Numbered from the stretch's first letter, positions 1 to 17,283 are shown. The stretch is 64,000 nucleotides of DNA from the human T2T-CHM13v2.0 reference genome, Homo sapiens (GCF_009914755.1 NC_060939.1); one strand, 5' to 3'. Numbers and translations are program-made. Notes: a model not told the origin generated them from the sequence alone.

Positions 1-181
1 AAAAAACACACAGTAAATCAAACCCAAAGAAAACAATAGGAAAAAAAATAAATGACACATAAAAGAAATGTATAACAGAATCGGGGGAGGGAGGGATCAA
101 AGCCAAAAGTTTATTTTAAAAAAAAGATTAGTAACACAGACAAAAAAAAGCAAACGTAATGTTAAGAAATACTGGAAATTT

Positions 182-298
182 TGTAATCCCAGCACTTTGG
201 GAAGCCGAGGTGGGCAGATCATGAGGTCAGGAGATCGAGACCATCCTGGCTAACACGGTGAAACCCTGTCTCCACTAAAAAAAAATACAAAAAAATAA
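182..298 (+). mobile_element. Alu left-arm fragment
   Basis: tgtaatcccagcactttgg...ctaaaaa. Confidence 0.85.
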
Positions 299-356
299 GA
301 TAAAATAAAAACTGGAAATTCTAAAACATCAGAAGAAGCTTTTACATAAACATTTA

Positions 357-1113
<757 letters not shown>

Positions 1114-1594
1114 ACTGAATCCACATTTTAAAAACTGTTCCTCAAAAAAACAAAAACAAACAAAAACACACTCCAGGCCCAAGTGGCTTCAGCAATGAAT
1201 TATATCAAAATTTAAGGAAGACTATTATAAATTTCACACAAGCTCTTCTCAAGAACAGCGAGGAAAAAAAAAAACTTTTCAAGAAGCTAATGATTTGCTT
1301 CAAGAAGCTAACGACTCTGACACCAGGGATATTTTAAGGAAAGAAAATTACAAGCTTATCTCTTATGTGCATGAATACAAAAATCCTGAAGACAACATTT
1401 ACAAATGAAATCCAAACAATATACTAAATAAAATATATTATGAACAACTTGAGTTAATTCCAGGAATGCGAAGTTGGCTTTACTTTGGTATTCTTTCCTG
1501 AATGTTATTCCTACATCTATAGAATAAAGGAGAAAGGTTAAATGAATAGATGCAGAAAAGCTGATATAATTTAATAACATTCATGATTTTATGT

Positions 1595-1885
1595 TTGTTT
1601 TCTTGGGGGTTTTTTTGTTTTGTTTTGTTTTTTTGGAGACAGTGTCTGGCTGTGTCACCCAGGCTGGAGTGCAGCGGCACGATCTTGGCTCACTGCAATC
1701 TCCACCTCCTGAGCTCAAGCGATCCTCCCACCTCAGCCCCAAGTAACTGGGACTACAGGTACGTGCCACCACACCCGGCTTTTCATACTTTTGTACAGAT
1801 GGGGTTTCACTACATTGCCCAGGCTGGTCTCTAACCACCTCAACCTCCCCAAGTGCTGGGATTATAGACATGAGCCACTGCATCC
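1595..1885 (-). mobile_element. AluJ
   Basis: Antisense Alu with J-type gagctcaagcgatcctccc. Confidence 0.88.
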
Positions 1886-2029
1886 TGCAGATTTTCTTTT
1901 TTTAAAAGCCTCTTGGCAAAGTCTGAAAAGAACTTTCTTAATCAGATAAAAAACATTCACAACTTCAGCATATTTAAAGGAGAAATGCTAAGAAGTTCAC
2001 TCACAACCCCTCCCCTAAGACTGGAAACA

Positions 2030-2382
2030 AGCTCCCCCCGGGGAGAGAGACACTCACCCTGGATGGGAGCCTGGAACTCTACCACCCCGCCCCGCTCCCC
2101 CCTCAATGCCCCCCTGGGACAGCCCGGGAGGCTGCCAGGAAGGGACTGGCCTCCTTGGGAGGCTCCCAGGATCCTCTTCAGCCTCGCTGCTTCTGAGTCC
2201 CTGCCGGCAAGCCTCCGCCAAGCAGTGGCCTTGCTGATGCCTGGGGAAGCCCACCGGGAGAGAGACACACACCCTGGGTGGGACCCTGGGGCTCTAAGAC
2301 TCCCTACCCTGGGACGGCCCCAGGGGCTGCTGGAAAGGGACTGGCCTCCTCGGGAGGCTCCCAGCGTCCTCTTCGTCACTCC
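2030..2382. repeat. GC-rich two-copy diverged tandem repeat (period ~216 nt)
   Basis: gggagagagacac..accctgg.tggga.cctgg...agggactggcctcct.gggaggctcccag..tcctcttc occurs at ~2041 and ~2256. Confidence 0.85.
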
Positions 2383-2397
2383 TAACCACATAAAAAT

Positions 2398-2535
2398 ATG
2401 GGTCTTGCTCCCAGGCTGGAGTGCAGCAGCATTATCACAGCTCACTGAAGCCTCGAACTCCTGGGCTCAAGTGACCCTCTCACCTTAACCTCCCAAAGTG
2501 CTGGGATTACAGGCACGAGCCACTGCACCCAGCTG
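2398..2535 (-). mobile_element. Alu monomer (FLAM/AluJ arm)
   Basis: Antisense single arm. Confidence 0.8.
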
Positions 2536-3076
2536 TAATATTCTATTTCTTGACCTGGGTAGTGGTTATGTGGGTGTCTGCTGTATAACTGATTAAAATA
2601 TACAGGTGTTTTATGCAAGTTTCCATATATTCTATGTTTAACAATTTGGAAAAGTCCATCAAACTAGTCCAAGAATTAAACAAAACACAATGATAATCTA
2701 AGTAATCACTAAAAATTACTGAAGTCTAAATAAATACTGATTGTGAACACATACATACACACAAAACTGCAAGTAAATTCCTAGATATTATCAGTACCAA
2801 ATGTGGGGGGGAGTACAATTTGAACACAAAATGAGGGCCTTTTTCAGCTTAGGCACCCAGTTTGAGAGAATGTATTCATTAAGCAATTGTATAATGTTAC
2901 CTAACATGCACCAGGCCCAATACTGAGGATTAGAAATCCAAGGATTTCAAAAGATCTTTAAAAAAAAGAAAGAAAGAAACGAAACGAAACCCAAGGATAT
3001 TTAAGACCTAGTCCTTACACATTCTTCAAGAGACTTACAGTATAAACAGAAAACCTAGTTCAACTCTTTAAAATAT

Positions 3077-3078
<2 letters not shown>

Positions 3079-3122
<44 letters not shown>
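3079..3122. repeat. (GT)n(AT)n microsatellite
   Basis: Directly visible. Confidence 0.97.
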
Positions 3123-3199
3123 GACCTCAGCCAACGCTCTCACAACTGCATCTTTATATACCCACACTATCACAATCACTATCACCATTTAGTAAGTGC

Positions 3200-3400
3200 A
3201 GTTATGTGCATCATTGTAGATAGTATTCAATACAAATCTTATTTAAGCTTCACAAAACCCCTACAAATGGGTACTATTTCTACCTATGTGTCTAAAGAGG
3301 AAATTTAAACTCAGAGTGTAAGCCAAGGTCACAGCAAGTAAGTAGCACGACCAGAATTTGTTCTCAGGTCATCTGCATTCAGAGCCTGTACCCTATCTTT
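3200..3400 (-). mobile_element. MIR
   Basis: gaggaaatttaaactcagag...ccaaggtcacagcaagtaagtagc core. Confidence 0.7.
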
Positions 3401-4767
3401 GTTTGGGTTTATTATGAAACGGACAATGTTTTTTCAAAACTGTACCCTATCCTCCCATTTTAAGAATGTATATGTTTACACCACCACATGATGGATCCAC
3501 AAATAAACACGAAGAGCCAAGAAGGACCTTGCTTCATCTCACAGATTGACAGACTACAGAACATTGGAGGCAGGACAGTGTTATAAAGTTTCTGAAGTGA
3601 CAACCAAGCCAACTTTGAATAAAATAATTTTTTCTAGGAAGACAGTCAATTTAGTTGTCAACTATGTAGCAGAAGAGCATTCATTGCACAACTTCATCTG
3701 TCAGTGATTTTAATTATATAATATGCATGGAATGTCAAGAAACAGCAGACAGAATGGCATAAAGGGAAAGAACCCTGGGACACAATTCTAGAAACTTACT
3801 CTGGGTTGATGCCAGATCATATATGCTACACGTATTATTTTAACTTCAGAAAATATTTTATAATATAAAGAAAACAAAATCAAGTTGGATTTACAGCTAT
3901 ATCAACTGGAATTTTGAAGTATGACAACATCTAGAGTCTACATGGAATGTGACTGAAAACTCATGAAATCCTAGCAGGATTATAAACTGGTAAATGCACT
4001 TTGAAAAAGTACCCAGCAACTTGAAGTGTGAAGACAATATACCAAACTCTGCAATTAACTTCTAGGTACATACTCAAGGAAGCTCTTGTGATGTGGGCAC
4101 AGGAGACTTAAACAAGGATGTTCACCAAAATACTGTTTATAATAGCAAAAAATATATATTTACCTAAATACAGCAAAAAATATACACCTAAACATTTACC
4201 AAGAGGAATATTGTATATATTTATGTAAAATATTACTACAAAGCAATTAAAATGTATTGATTTTACTTACAAATAACTATCAATATGTACACATTATAAA
4301 TATGACACATGGAGAAAAGCAAATGCCAGGAAGATAATGTCATATTCTTTGCATAAAGATTTAAAACATATGACAATCAGGAGGCGGCATGAGGGGTCTT
4401 CTTAGTTGCTTATATCATTCTATTTCTTGATTTGAGCTTGAGAGCATGAGTGTATTTGTTTTGTGACAATTTACCCAGTTATATACTTTAAACTGTGCAT
4501 TTTCCTCAGTGTATGTTTTATTTACATAAAAATGTAAAACGATGTTTATGGACATACACAGAGAAGTATAAAAACACGGATGGGAAGGAAATATACCAAC
4601 TTCAGGAGAGTTATCTCTAGGAAAATGAGGAAAAGAGTACACTTAAGTGCAAAACTTTTATTTGATGTTTATATTGTCTGAATAAAGGTCTGAATCAAAC
4701 ATATCAAAATCTTAACATTTGTTAAAGATCGGTGGTAAATACATTATTTTACATTCCTCTTTTTAAA

Positions 4768-4989
<222 letters not shown>

Positions 4990-5069
4990 TAAAATTTTTA
5001 AAAGCAAAAAACCCTATAAAAGCAAATATATGCATTTAAATCCTACCATTCAGAGATAACTATGTTTAC

Positions 5070-6520
<1,451 letters not shown>

Positions 6521-8356
6521 ACACTTTTTGTGTATATTTTGTCAACATATATATTGAAAACACACATAAATACACATATGTATATTCTCTCTCATATACA
6601 CTTTGACAAATGCACAATACGTATGTATGTATATATGAGACAGAATATGTATATTCTTCAAACAAGATCAGCAAAATCAGACTTCCTGGTTCCTATAGCA
6701 AACTGGCAGTTGCCTAGATCCAAATCTCTCCATATATCCTCTAAAACTCACAGATGAACAAAAGCAATAAAACTCACATCTCAAAACTATAGACTATTTG
6801 GGAGACAGGTTACCTCAAACAATTTGCACATAAGAAGGACTCAAATGTCCAAAACCTGAAATATCTACTTCTGGAGCCAACACTAGATAGGGCTGTCACA
6901 GCAGCAAACAAACAGAAAATGGCACTAAAAAACAAACAAACAAAAAACTCCTTTACAATAGCATTAAATACCATCAAAACCTAGAGATAAACTTAAAGAA
7001 TCTGCAAGACATCTACAAACACTAAGAAAATTTTTAAAGACCAGATAAGCAAAGGGATATATCAACTTCTTGAATTGGAAGACTTGTCAACATATCCATT
7101 ATCCAGAACTTGATTCATAGGTTCAACGCAATCCCAATCAAAATCCCAGTAGAACTTTGTGTATGTGGGGCAGGGGGTGGAGCTTGGACTGATGAGCTGA
7201 ATCTATAATTTATATAGAAATGTGAAGATCCAAGAAAAGCCAAGAATCCAAAAAGACAAAGTTGAAGGACTTCACTACCAACTATCAAAGCCTATTATAA
7301 AGCTACAATAATTAAGACACAAGGACAGATAAATAGATCAATGGAAGAGAAGAGAGTATCCAGAAACGGATCTGTACATATACTATGGATGCCTGATTTA
7401 TGAGAAAGGCAACATGGCAATACAATTTAAAAGAATTTTCTTTCACCAAAATGATGCTGAGTCAACTGGCTATCCACACAGAACAAAATTAATCTTCCCC
7501 TTCTTATACCATGTACAAAACAAAATTCCAGATGGGTTGCAAATCTAAGTGTGAAAGGTAAAACAACTTTAGAAAAGAAACATATACTACCTTCATGACC
7601 TTGGAATAGGCAAATATTTCTTAAACAGGCCACAAGCATTAAACACAATGGAATAAAGTCAGTAAATTATACTTCATTACAATTTAAGTTTTCTGTTATT
7701 CAAAAGACGCCAATTAAGAGTACAAAGACAAATCACAGACTCAAAGAAAATAATTTTAATACATATTTCAGACAAAGAACTCATATGTGGCCTATATAAA
7801 GAACTGCTACAAGTAAACAAGAAAAAGGTAGATAACCCTAAGAAAAATGAGTATAAGGCCTGAAGAGACACTTCAAGAAAAAGGATATCCAAAGGCCAGT
7901 AAACATGAAAATGTGCTCAACTTCATCAGTCACTAAGGACATGAACATTAAAACCACAACAGATACTGCTACATACACCCCAAAATGGCTAAAATGAAAG
8001 ACAATACAATTATTGATGAGGATATGAAACAACCCAAACCATCGTACACCACTGGAAGTGTAAACTGGTATAACCACTGAGAAAAACTGGCAGCATCTCA
8101 AAGATAAACATACGTATACCCTATGACCCAACAATCCCTCTCCTAGGAAGATAACCAAGGGAAATTAATTCACCAAAAGATAATAGCAGCACTATTCGCA
8201 ATGGCCCCAAACTGGAAACAACTCAAATGCCTATTAACAGTATAATGAATAAGCACTGGTACATTCATACAATGGAATACTGTAAAGCAACAGGAATCAA
8301 TGACCCACAACCAGTTGCAACATGGATGAAACTCACAGCTAAAGAGTACATATCTG

Positions 8357-8701
<345 letters not shown>

Positions 8702-8746
8702 TCAAAATCAGGTACAATTTATCTATGCAATTAAAAGTCAGCATGA

Positions 8747-9037
8747 ACTGGGTGTGGTGGCTCATGCCTATAATCCCAACACTTTCGGAAGCCAAGGCAA
8801 GGAATTTGCTTAAGCCCAAGAGTCCAAGACCAGCCTGGTCAACACAGCAAGATTCTGTCTCTACAAAAACTTAAAAAAAAAAATTAGTTGGGCATGGTGG
8901 CGCATGATTGCAGTCCCATCTACTCAGAAGGCTGAGGCAAGAGGATCACTTGAGCCCAGGAGTTCAAGGCTGCAGTGAGCTATGATCATACAACTGTGCT
9001 GCAGCCTGGGTGACAGTGATACCCCATCTCAGAAAAA
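8747..9037 (+). mobile_element. AluJ
   Basis: ggatcacttgagcccaggagttcaaggctgcag. Confidence 0.88.
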
Positions 9038-9448
9038 TAAAAATTTAGCATAACAAGTGCCCTTTGTAAACTAGAGACTGAAAGGACTGCAAGGGGAATT
9101 TTGGTGTATTCTTAATTTTTGCCTCTACATGTGACTAGTTATACAAGATGTGTTCAGTATATAAAAATTCAGTGAATAGTACACTCATACTTTTCTGTAA
9201 GTTAACTTCAACAACACAAGTTAAATCGTTGCCACTTAACTGTTACAGCCACACAGTAAGGTTCCATAAAAGTTTATTTTGTGGGAAACAAGACTTCATG
9301 AGAGTAATTTCAATCATTTCCTGCAAGATGGGACTGAATGTATTAAACTTTGTTTTGGAATAGCTTTTCAGACAATTTAGTGACGATACGGTTTATGATC
9401 CAGTACAATAAGAAGTGAAACCATCTCAGTCAAAAATTCAACATTAGT

Positions 9449-9866
<418 letters not shown>

Positions 9867-10654
9867 TCTAACATCAGGCTACAACTATACAATTCTTTGG
9901 TCCTACATTAAAAGTCAGCAGTCTATTTAGGTCTGAGAGCTGGTTACATGGTTGTGTTCAGTTTGGGAAAGTTGGAGCTCTTCGCCTATGATACAGCATG
10001 TACTTTCCTGTATGTGTATTATATTTCAGTTTTTAAAAACTGTTAAATAAACATATCAGTGCTAAACCTTACTTAGGACTGCTTTGGCTAGTCAATTCCT
10101 TTCTAAACCTCCAAGCTATTTTAACTGATTATTGAGAAATGGCATCTCAGTGAATTAATATGAAACTGCTCCTCCAATCATTGCCTCCATCCTAAATATT
10201 AAGTCTCCCTACCCATATAGCAGTTAAGACATCCCTTAATGATGTTTCACCACTTTTCACATCTTTACAGACACCGTTACTAACAACTCAACACATTAAT
10301 GCTTAAATCACATGTCCATTTGCAGCCCATTTTCTCCATTCCTCACAGATTCCAAAAGGTCTATGGCTTAAAGGACTAGGGAATGTGGAGAGGGCCCTCT
10401 AGGTGGCAGACATCCCTGTCATCTCCACTAGACAGTTGTTGGGGTAGGAAATCCAGCTCTGGCCTGACCTTCCAGCCCCACCCTAGCTCCTACCACCCAT
10501 CATGCAACAAGGGCCTTCTTGGTGGGGTACTAGCCCAAAAGCTCAGGCCTTTGCAAAACCCTCTTAAACCACAGCAAGTCATAACTTTCTTGTATATAAA
10601 CGGGGAATTCAGATGCTCCAGCTACTCTTTCCCTGCCCCGCCACATCTCTCTCC

Positions 10655-10925
10655 AGAGTCGCACTCTATCACCCAGGCTGGAATACAGAGTGCAACCTCG
10701 GCTCACTGCAACCTCCGACTCCCCGGTTCAAGCAATTCTCCTGCCTCAGCCTCCCGGACTACAGGCACGCACCATCATGCCCGGTTAATTTTTCTATTTT
10801 TAATAGAGACAAGGTTTCGCCATGTTGGTCAGGCTGGTCTCAAACTCCTGACCTCAAGTGATCTGCCCACCTCGGCCTCCCAAAGTGCTGAGATTACTAC
10901 AGGCATGAGTCACTGCACCCAGCCC
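10655..10925 (-). mobile_element. AluS with internal deletions, no tail
   Basis: Antisense Alu motifs. Confidence 0.85.
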
Positions 10926-11594
10926 ACATCTCTTCTTCATTAATTTCTATTCAGTCAGGGATAGACAGCAAGTCAGCTGTCTAACCAGGGGTTCAACCTT
11001 GTCTTCTTTCTTGGAAGCATTCTCCATCTATACAAATACTTCTCTTGGAAGACCCTCTTGCTTGGCTTAAATGACAAAGCCACATCCTACCCCACCCTCC
11101 TCCACGGACGGGGACGGAATCACTTCAAATGCTACCCCCCTCCTTATGTGATCCTCTTTATAAGCCAGGGAAGGGTTGAGCTAATGTTTGTGGTAGGAGG
11201 GACAGCTCTGTGACCTTTTGGTAAGCCCTGGCGGGAGGTATCTGGTCCCACCTCTTAGGGATTCTCATTACACCACAGGTCATTTAACAGCTCTTTAGTC
11301 TCAGCTTTGGGCCCTAATGGCCAATTCTGGAGCAAAAGAAAAAAAATAATCTACTCAACATCCAGTTAAGACTAAAGTAATTTTAATTCTCTTCAAAGCC
11401 TATTTCAAATGCTGCTTTAACCAGAAGTGTTTCCTAGTTCTCAAACCAAACCAACCTCTTCCTGACCCTATCACAGCACTTTTCCAATGATGCTTTATCA
11501 ACTGGGTTATGCATGCAACTAGCAATGTGAAACACTGTGTTAGGAAACACACCATTTGAAAATTTATTACAAAATGTTTGTTTTAGAAGAACTA

Positions 11595-11937
<343 letters not shown>

Positions 11938-13064
11938 CTATTACCTACCTTCACTGTCACATTTATATCATTCCAGTGTTTTTCTATGCATATATATTTA
12001 AGGCCATTCTTTTTACACTTTTTTTTACACCTGTTTTACACTTCGCTTTTTTTCATTTCAGACACTGTAGTTATCTTTCTTTGCCATTAAGTAGTCTTCT
12101 ATAAACATTATATTTTATGGTACATGATATTCCATGGTATAGCTCTCCTATCATTTACTTAACATTCTGTTGCCAAATTGTCCCTAGTTATAATGCTGTC
12201 CATAAACAATCTTAGGTTTTCATAATTCTGATTATTTCCTTCAAGGAACAAAATTACTTTTGATCAGAAGCTACAAGTTTGGGTTATTTCTTAAGGTTCT
12301 TCATAGAAAAATATATATCCTAGTTTACTTTCTCATTAATCACAAGGTTGGTATTTTTGCTGGTGACCACAGAAAAAATGCTCTCTGCTGTAGGCCAGGC
12401 ATCCTTGTTTCACCATTCGAGAATACAGGCCCACAGCCCTGAGCTGAATCACAAGTGGAAAGCAGAGAGAGTTCACCACACATGGGAGGGGCTGGGTATA
12501 CGTGAAAGGCTCAAGAACATCAGCTACCTTTGACAGAAACCTTTCCTAGAATTCCTTGAGTTCCCTTAAATCTGCAGTATTGTCTTAACATCTGAGCCCC
12601 ATAAGAAACCTGTGAGGCAGGTTGAGCAGGTACCATTCTGTCCTGCAGCTGAGAAAACTGACCTCTTTATCTCACTGCCCAGGGTCAAGCTTAGAACCCA
12701 GGTTTCCCAATTTCCTCAAGATCTTCCTCCTGCTTCTCTTAGAATGTTCTAAGAGGCTGAGAAGGAGCTGAAGAGCCCGAGAAGTCTTTAACTTGTACTT
12801 CGGCTACTGACCCTGGGCAGAGTATAATGGTAACAACATCGTCACCAGACCCTGGCATCTTACCAGTGAAGTCACTGGGCTCCCTGGACAGCTGCAAACA
12901 TACACTCTGGAAAGCTCCTCTCCCATCAATCATGGGTCCTTTCCCTGAAGTCCAACACCTAGTATTAGCTGAAAAATATTTTCCTGTAAACTAGAAAAGT
13001 TTCCAGCATCTCTGAAACAACCCAGTGAGGTTTAAGTCATTGTTGAATTGTTGAGTGTCATACT

Positions 13065-13350
13065 TTTTTTTTTTTTGGCAGAGGTGGGCAGGGGTCCTGC
13101 TCTGTCACCCAGGCTGTAGTACAGTGCCACAACCACAGTTCACCGCAGTCTCGACCTCCCAGGCTCAAGTGATCCTCCCACTTCACCCTCCAAGTAGCTG
13201 CAACTAGGTGCACACCCCACATCTGGCTAATTTTTCTATTTTTTTGTAAACGGGGTTTCACCATGTTGCCCAGGCTGGTCTCAAACTCCTGGCTTCAAGT
13301 GATCCACCTGCTCCAGCCTTAATTACAGGCTTAAGTCACCATGCCTGGCC
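13065..13350 (-). mobile_element. AluJ
   Basis: Antisense Alu. Confidence 0.88.
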
Positions 13351-13723
13351 TGTCATTCTTACTGGGACATAATACATGCAATTTTCTCAAAGGAGAAAAA
13401 CAGAACATGTATTAGAACTAAGAAAGATGACTCCCTGAACTTTTAACTCAGCGTAAACTAAAAGAGAATTGGGCTAGCTCATGACTTACATTTTTCTTTT
13501 GTACAAGTCAGAAGAGACAAAAACCACCCCCACCCCCAAGTATGCCCTTCTCTCATTTGCCTTCCTGTACGACAGAAGCAAATGCCACAAGTTAGTCACT
13601 CCCTTAATATGCCTCTCCCTCAAACATTACGCTATTTACTGCTCACATACTCCTGCATTTTTGTGGGAATTATTTCTAACGCCAAGTTAAAAAAATAAAT
13701 AAAAGAATTTACAACTAAAAACA

Positions 13724-13963
13724 GTAGTTGTCCTTTGGTATATGTAGGGAATTGGTTCCAGGACCCCCAGAGTATACCAAAATCCGCACATACTCAAGTC
13801 TTGCAGTTGGTCCTGAGGAACCCACCTATACCAGAAAAGTCAGCCCTCCATACGTGTGGGTTTTACATCCCTTGAATACCACATTTTCCAGCTTTGGTTG
13901 AAAAACATCTGCATGTAAGTGGACCTGCACAGTCCAACGTAGTGTTGCTCAAGGGTTGACTGT
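13724..13963. mobile_element. MER8 (TcMar-Tigger MITE)
   Basis: agttgtcctttggta...ttggttccaggacccc...caagggttgactgta termini. Confidence 0.8.
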
Positions 13964-14032
13964 AATTATCAGTCCTTGTTTTGAGAATCCCCATTGTGGC
14001 TAATTGTTTTCAAGGTCCATTTTTAAAAATTA

Positions 14033-14713
<681 letters not shown>

Positions 14714-14919
14714 TCAAACCCAGAACACTTCAACATTCTTATAATGGGTTGCAACTCCCACAAAATTAAACACCATTAGGACATCCACACCTCTTGGAAA
14801 GAGTCAACTTCAGGGGATGCTGCCCTCTATCTCCACTATTCCTTGGAGTATCCAATAGATACAGAAACTAAATGCGTGCTGACTCATGTTTAAAAGCTGT
14901 TAAAACATTCGAGAGCTAC

Positions 14920-15155
14920 ACTGTCCAGTGCAGTAGCCACTAAACACCTGAAATGTCCATGTTGAGATATGCTTGTAAAATCCACACTGGATTTTGAAGT
15001 CGTAGTACTAATAAAAAAAATCTCATTAATAGTTTTCATATTAAATGTTGTCATATTATAATATATTGGGTTAAATAAAATATTAATTTCATCTGTATCT
15101 TAATTTTAACATGGCTACCAGAAAATCTGTAACATATGTGATCCACATTATATCT
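14920..15155. mobile_element. MER33-like hAT-Charlie element
   Basis: ctgtccagtgcagtagccact...acactggattttgaag...atattgggttaaataaaatatt. Confidence 0.65.
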
Positions 15156-15422
15156 CTTTATATAAATACTTGTGTAATCTGTGACCTTTTCTTTTTTCCC
15201 CAACCTTTCTGTGTATCATAAAGTAGGTTTACACATCCTAATCAAAGGCAGTCTTCACCCAGAGAGGGATTCAATCCATAAACTAAACCACAAAAAGGCA
15301 AGTATTGCCAGCAACTCAACATTGTTCTTCACAAGCTTTCCAAGGAAGACCTCTTACATGCACTACTTAGAAGCAGATCTGTACAGATGCCTACCACGTT
15401 CAAGTTTTCAAACCTAAATCAC

Positions 15423-15597
15423 CTGGCAAATGATCATGAATTCCTCGGTTTATAGGTGTAGTGCAGACTCTACTGAAATCCAGAGAATTATCCAATATGG
15501 CATTTATCCTTCGAAAGATATTGGCATTACTACACGTGGAGAGAGCAGGTGCTTCCTGGTTGTCCCAGCAATCTTTTATCCTTCCTGCTTCTTCTTC
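15423..15597 (-). CDS. CPEB1: CPEB1 coding exon ([10 protein letters not shown]...GIHDHLP)
   Basis: 175 nt; U-rich tract then gtctag| acceptor, |gtgatt donor; translation matches CPEB1. The next exon lies beyond position 1. Confidence 0.97.
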
Positions 15598-15789
15598 CTA
15601 GACACAGAAAAAAAAAGATATTTAGGTTTTCTACACTCCTTTATGACCCCCTTTCTCTCCACATTACGAATTAGATAAAGTAGGAAGGACTTAAGTATCT
15701 TCTTTATACATTAAAACACTTAATGAGTGTTTACTATGAGCTAAGTACTCGGAACTGTAAGAAAAAAATACCAAAATATTCTTGGCCAA

Positions 15790-17283
15790 TTTGTGGAAAA
15801 ATTTCCACAAAGGATACTATTAAGGAAGAGAATCAAGCACCAGGATTTAAGGCAAAAAGGGGTAGGCTAACTCTACTAGTTTTCTACAAATATAGTCAGG
15901 TTTATGATTAGGATTGCCTTTATCTATAAAGCTGCTAACCTCTGGGCCTTAAGGGAAAAGGTAAACACCAGCTGCCAGTCTTTTGGTTGTACAACAAGAA
16001 GGTCTGGACAAGAACTCTTTTTCAGAATTGGTTCAATTGATATTTTGTTCCTGGAGTCAGAAAGTACCTTGCCAGTAAAGGACTTTTTTTAATATATTAA
16101 AACACTTAATGAGTGTTTATGATGAACAAGGTACTCAGAAGTTCTTTTAATACTGGACAATGCCCCTGGCCACCCAGAATGCCATGAATTCAACAACAAA
16201 GAGGTATACATGCCCCCAAATACAACATCTCTAAGTCAGCCTCCAGATCAAGGGGTCATAAAGACCTTTAAGGCTCATTACACATGCTACTCTACAGAAA
16301 GGATTGTTAATGCTGTGGAAGAGAACCCCAATAGAGAGAAGGTCATGAAAGTCTAGAAGAATTACACCAGTGACAATGCCATCATTGTTACAGAAAAATC
16401 CATGAAAGCCATCATGCCCAAAATAATAAATTCCTGCTTAAAAAAACTGTTTCCAGATGTTGTACATGACTTCACAGATTTACCACAGAGCCAATACAGG
16501 AAATCATGAAAGAAACTGTAGATATGACAAAAAAAGGTTGGGAGTGAAGATTTCCAAGACATGGACCTTGGAGAAATCCAAGAGTTAACATACCAGAGGA
16601 ATTAGCAGAAGACAATCTGATAGAGATGAGTGCTCCAAACCAGTGCCAGACATGGAAGACGATGTTGAAGTAGCAATGCCAGAAAACATATTGACATTAG
16701 ATGATCTGGCAAAAGGGTTCCGATTATTCAAGGCTGCTTTTGACTTCTTTTACAATACAGACCCTTCTATTACACAGGCACTGAAACTAACGCAAATGGT
16801 GGAATTAGGATTGGTACCACATAGAAACATTTTTACAGAAATGAAAAAGCAAAAAGTCAGACAGAAATTATTTCTGTAAAGTTACACTGACTGTGCCTGC
16901 TTCTCCTTACATCCGCTCCACATCCTTCCACCTTTGCCACCCCTGAGAGAGCAAGACCAATCAATCCTTCCTCTTCCTCGGCCTGCTCAATGTGAAAACA
17001 GTAAATATGAAGATCTTTATGATTCACTTCCACTTAATGAACAGTAAATATATTTTCTCTTATGATTTTCTAGTAACATTTTTTCTCTAGCCTACTTTAT
17101 CGTAAGAATACGGTATAAAATACATGTAACATACAAAACATGTGATCAACTGTTTATGTTATCGGTAAGGCTTCCGGTCAACAGCAGGCTATTAGTCAAG
17201 TTTTGGGGGAGTCAAAGTTATACATAGATATTTGACTGTGGGGGTTGGTCCTCCTAACTCCCACACTGTCCAAGAGTCAACTG
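15790..17283 (+). mobile_element. Tigger2 DNA transposon, 3' part (degenerate DDE transposase and right TIR)
   Basis: gacaatgcccctggccaccca (DNAPGHP), cagcctccagatcaaggggtcat (QPxDQGVI), terminus caagagtcaactg. Confidence 0.88.
16594..16689 (-). CDS. CPEB1: CPEB1 alternative N-terminal coding segment from antisense Tigger2 (MFSGIATSTSSSMSGTGLEHSSLSDCLLLIPL); exon about 16594-16786
   Basis: ATG with A at -3, 32 open codons, CTG|gtatgt donor in phase 0; candidate acceptors at 16787-16788 and 16781-16782; agrees with my recollection of an annotated isoform. Confidence 0.75.

Noticed and set aside
1913-2488. 191-aa ORF with DWPPWEAPRILFSL, loosely resembling CPEB1 WPSWDLLEAPKDPFSI
   Set aside because: Non-ATG start, runs from L1 through the GC-rich dimer into an Alu, lies on the opposite strand, and the similarity is short and gapped. 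Treated as coincidence.
15790-16880. Transposase-like peptides on the plus strand
   Set aside because: Frameshifted, stop-ridden Tigger2 fossil with no intact ORF.
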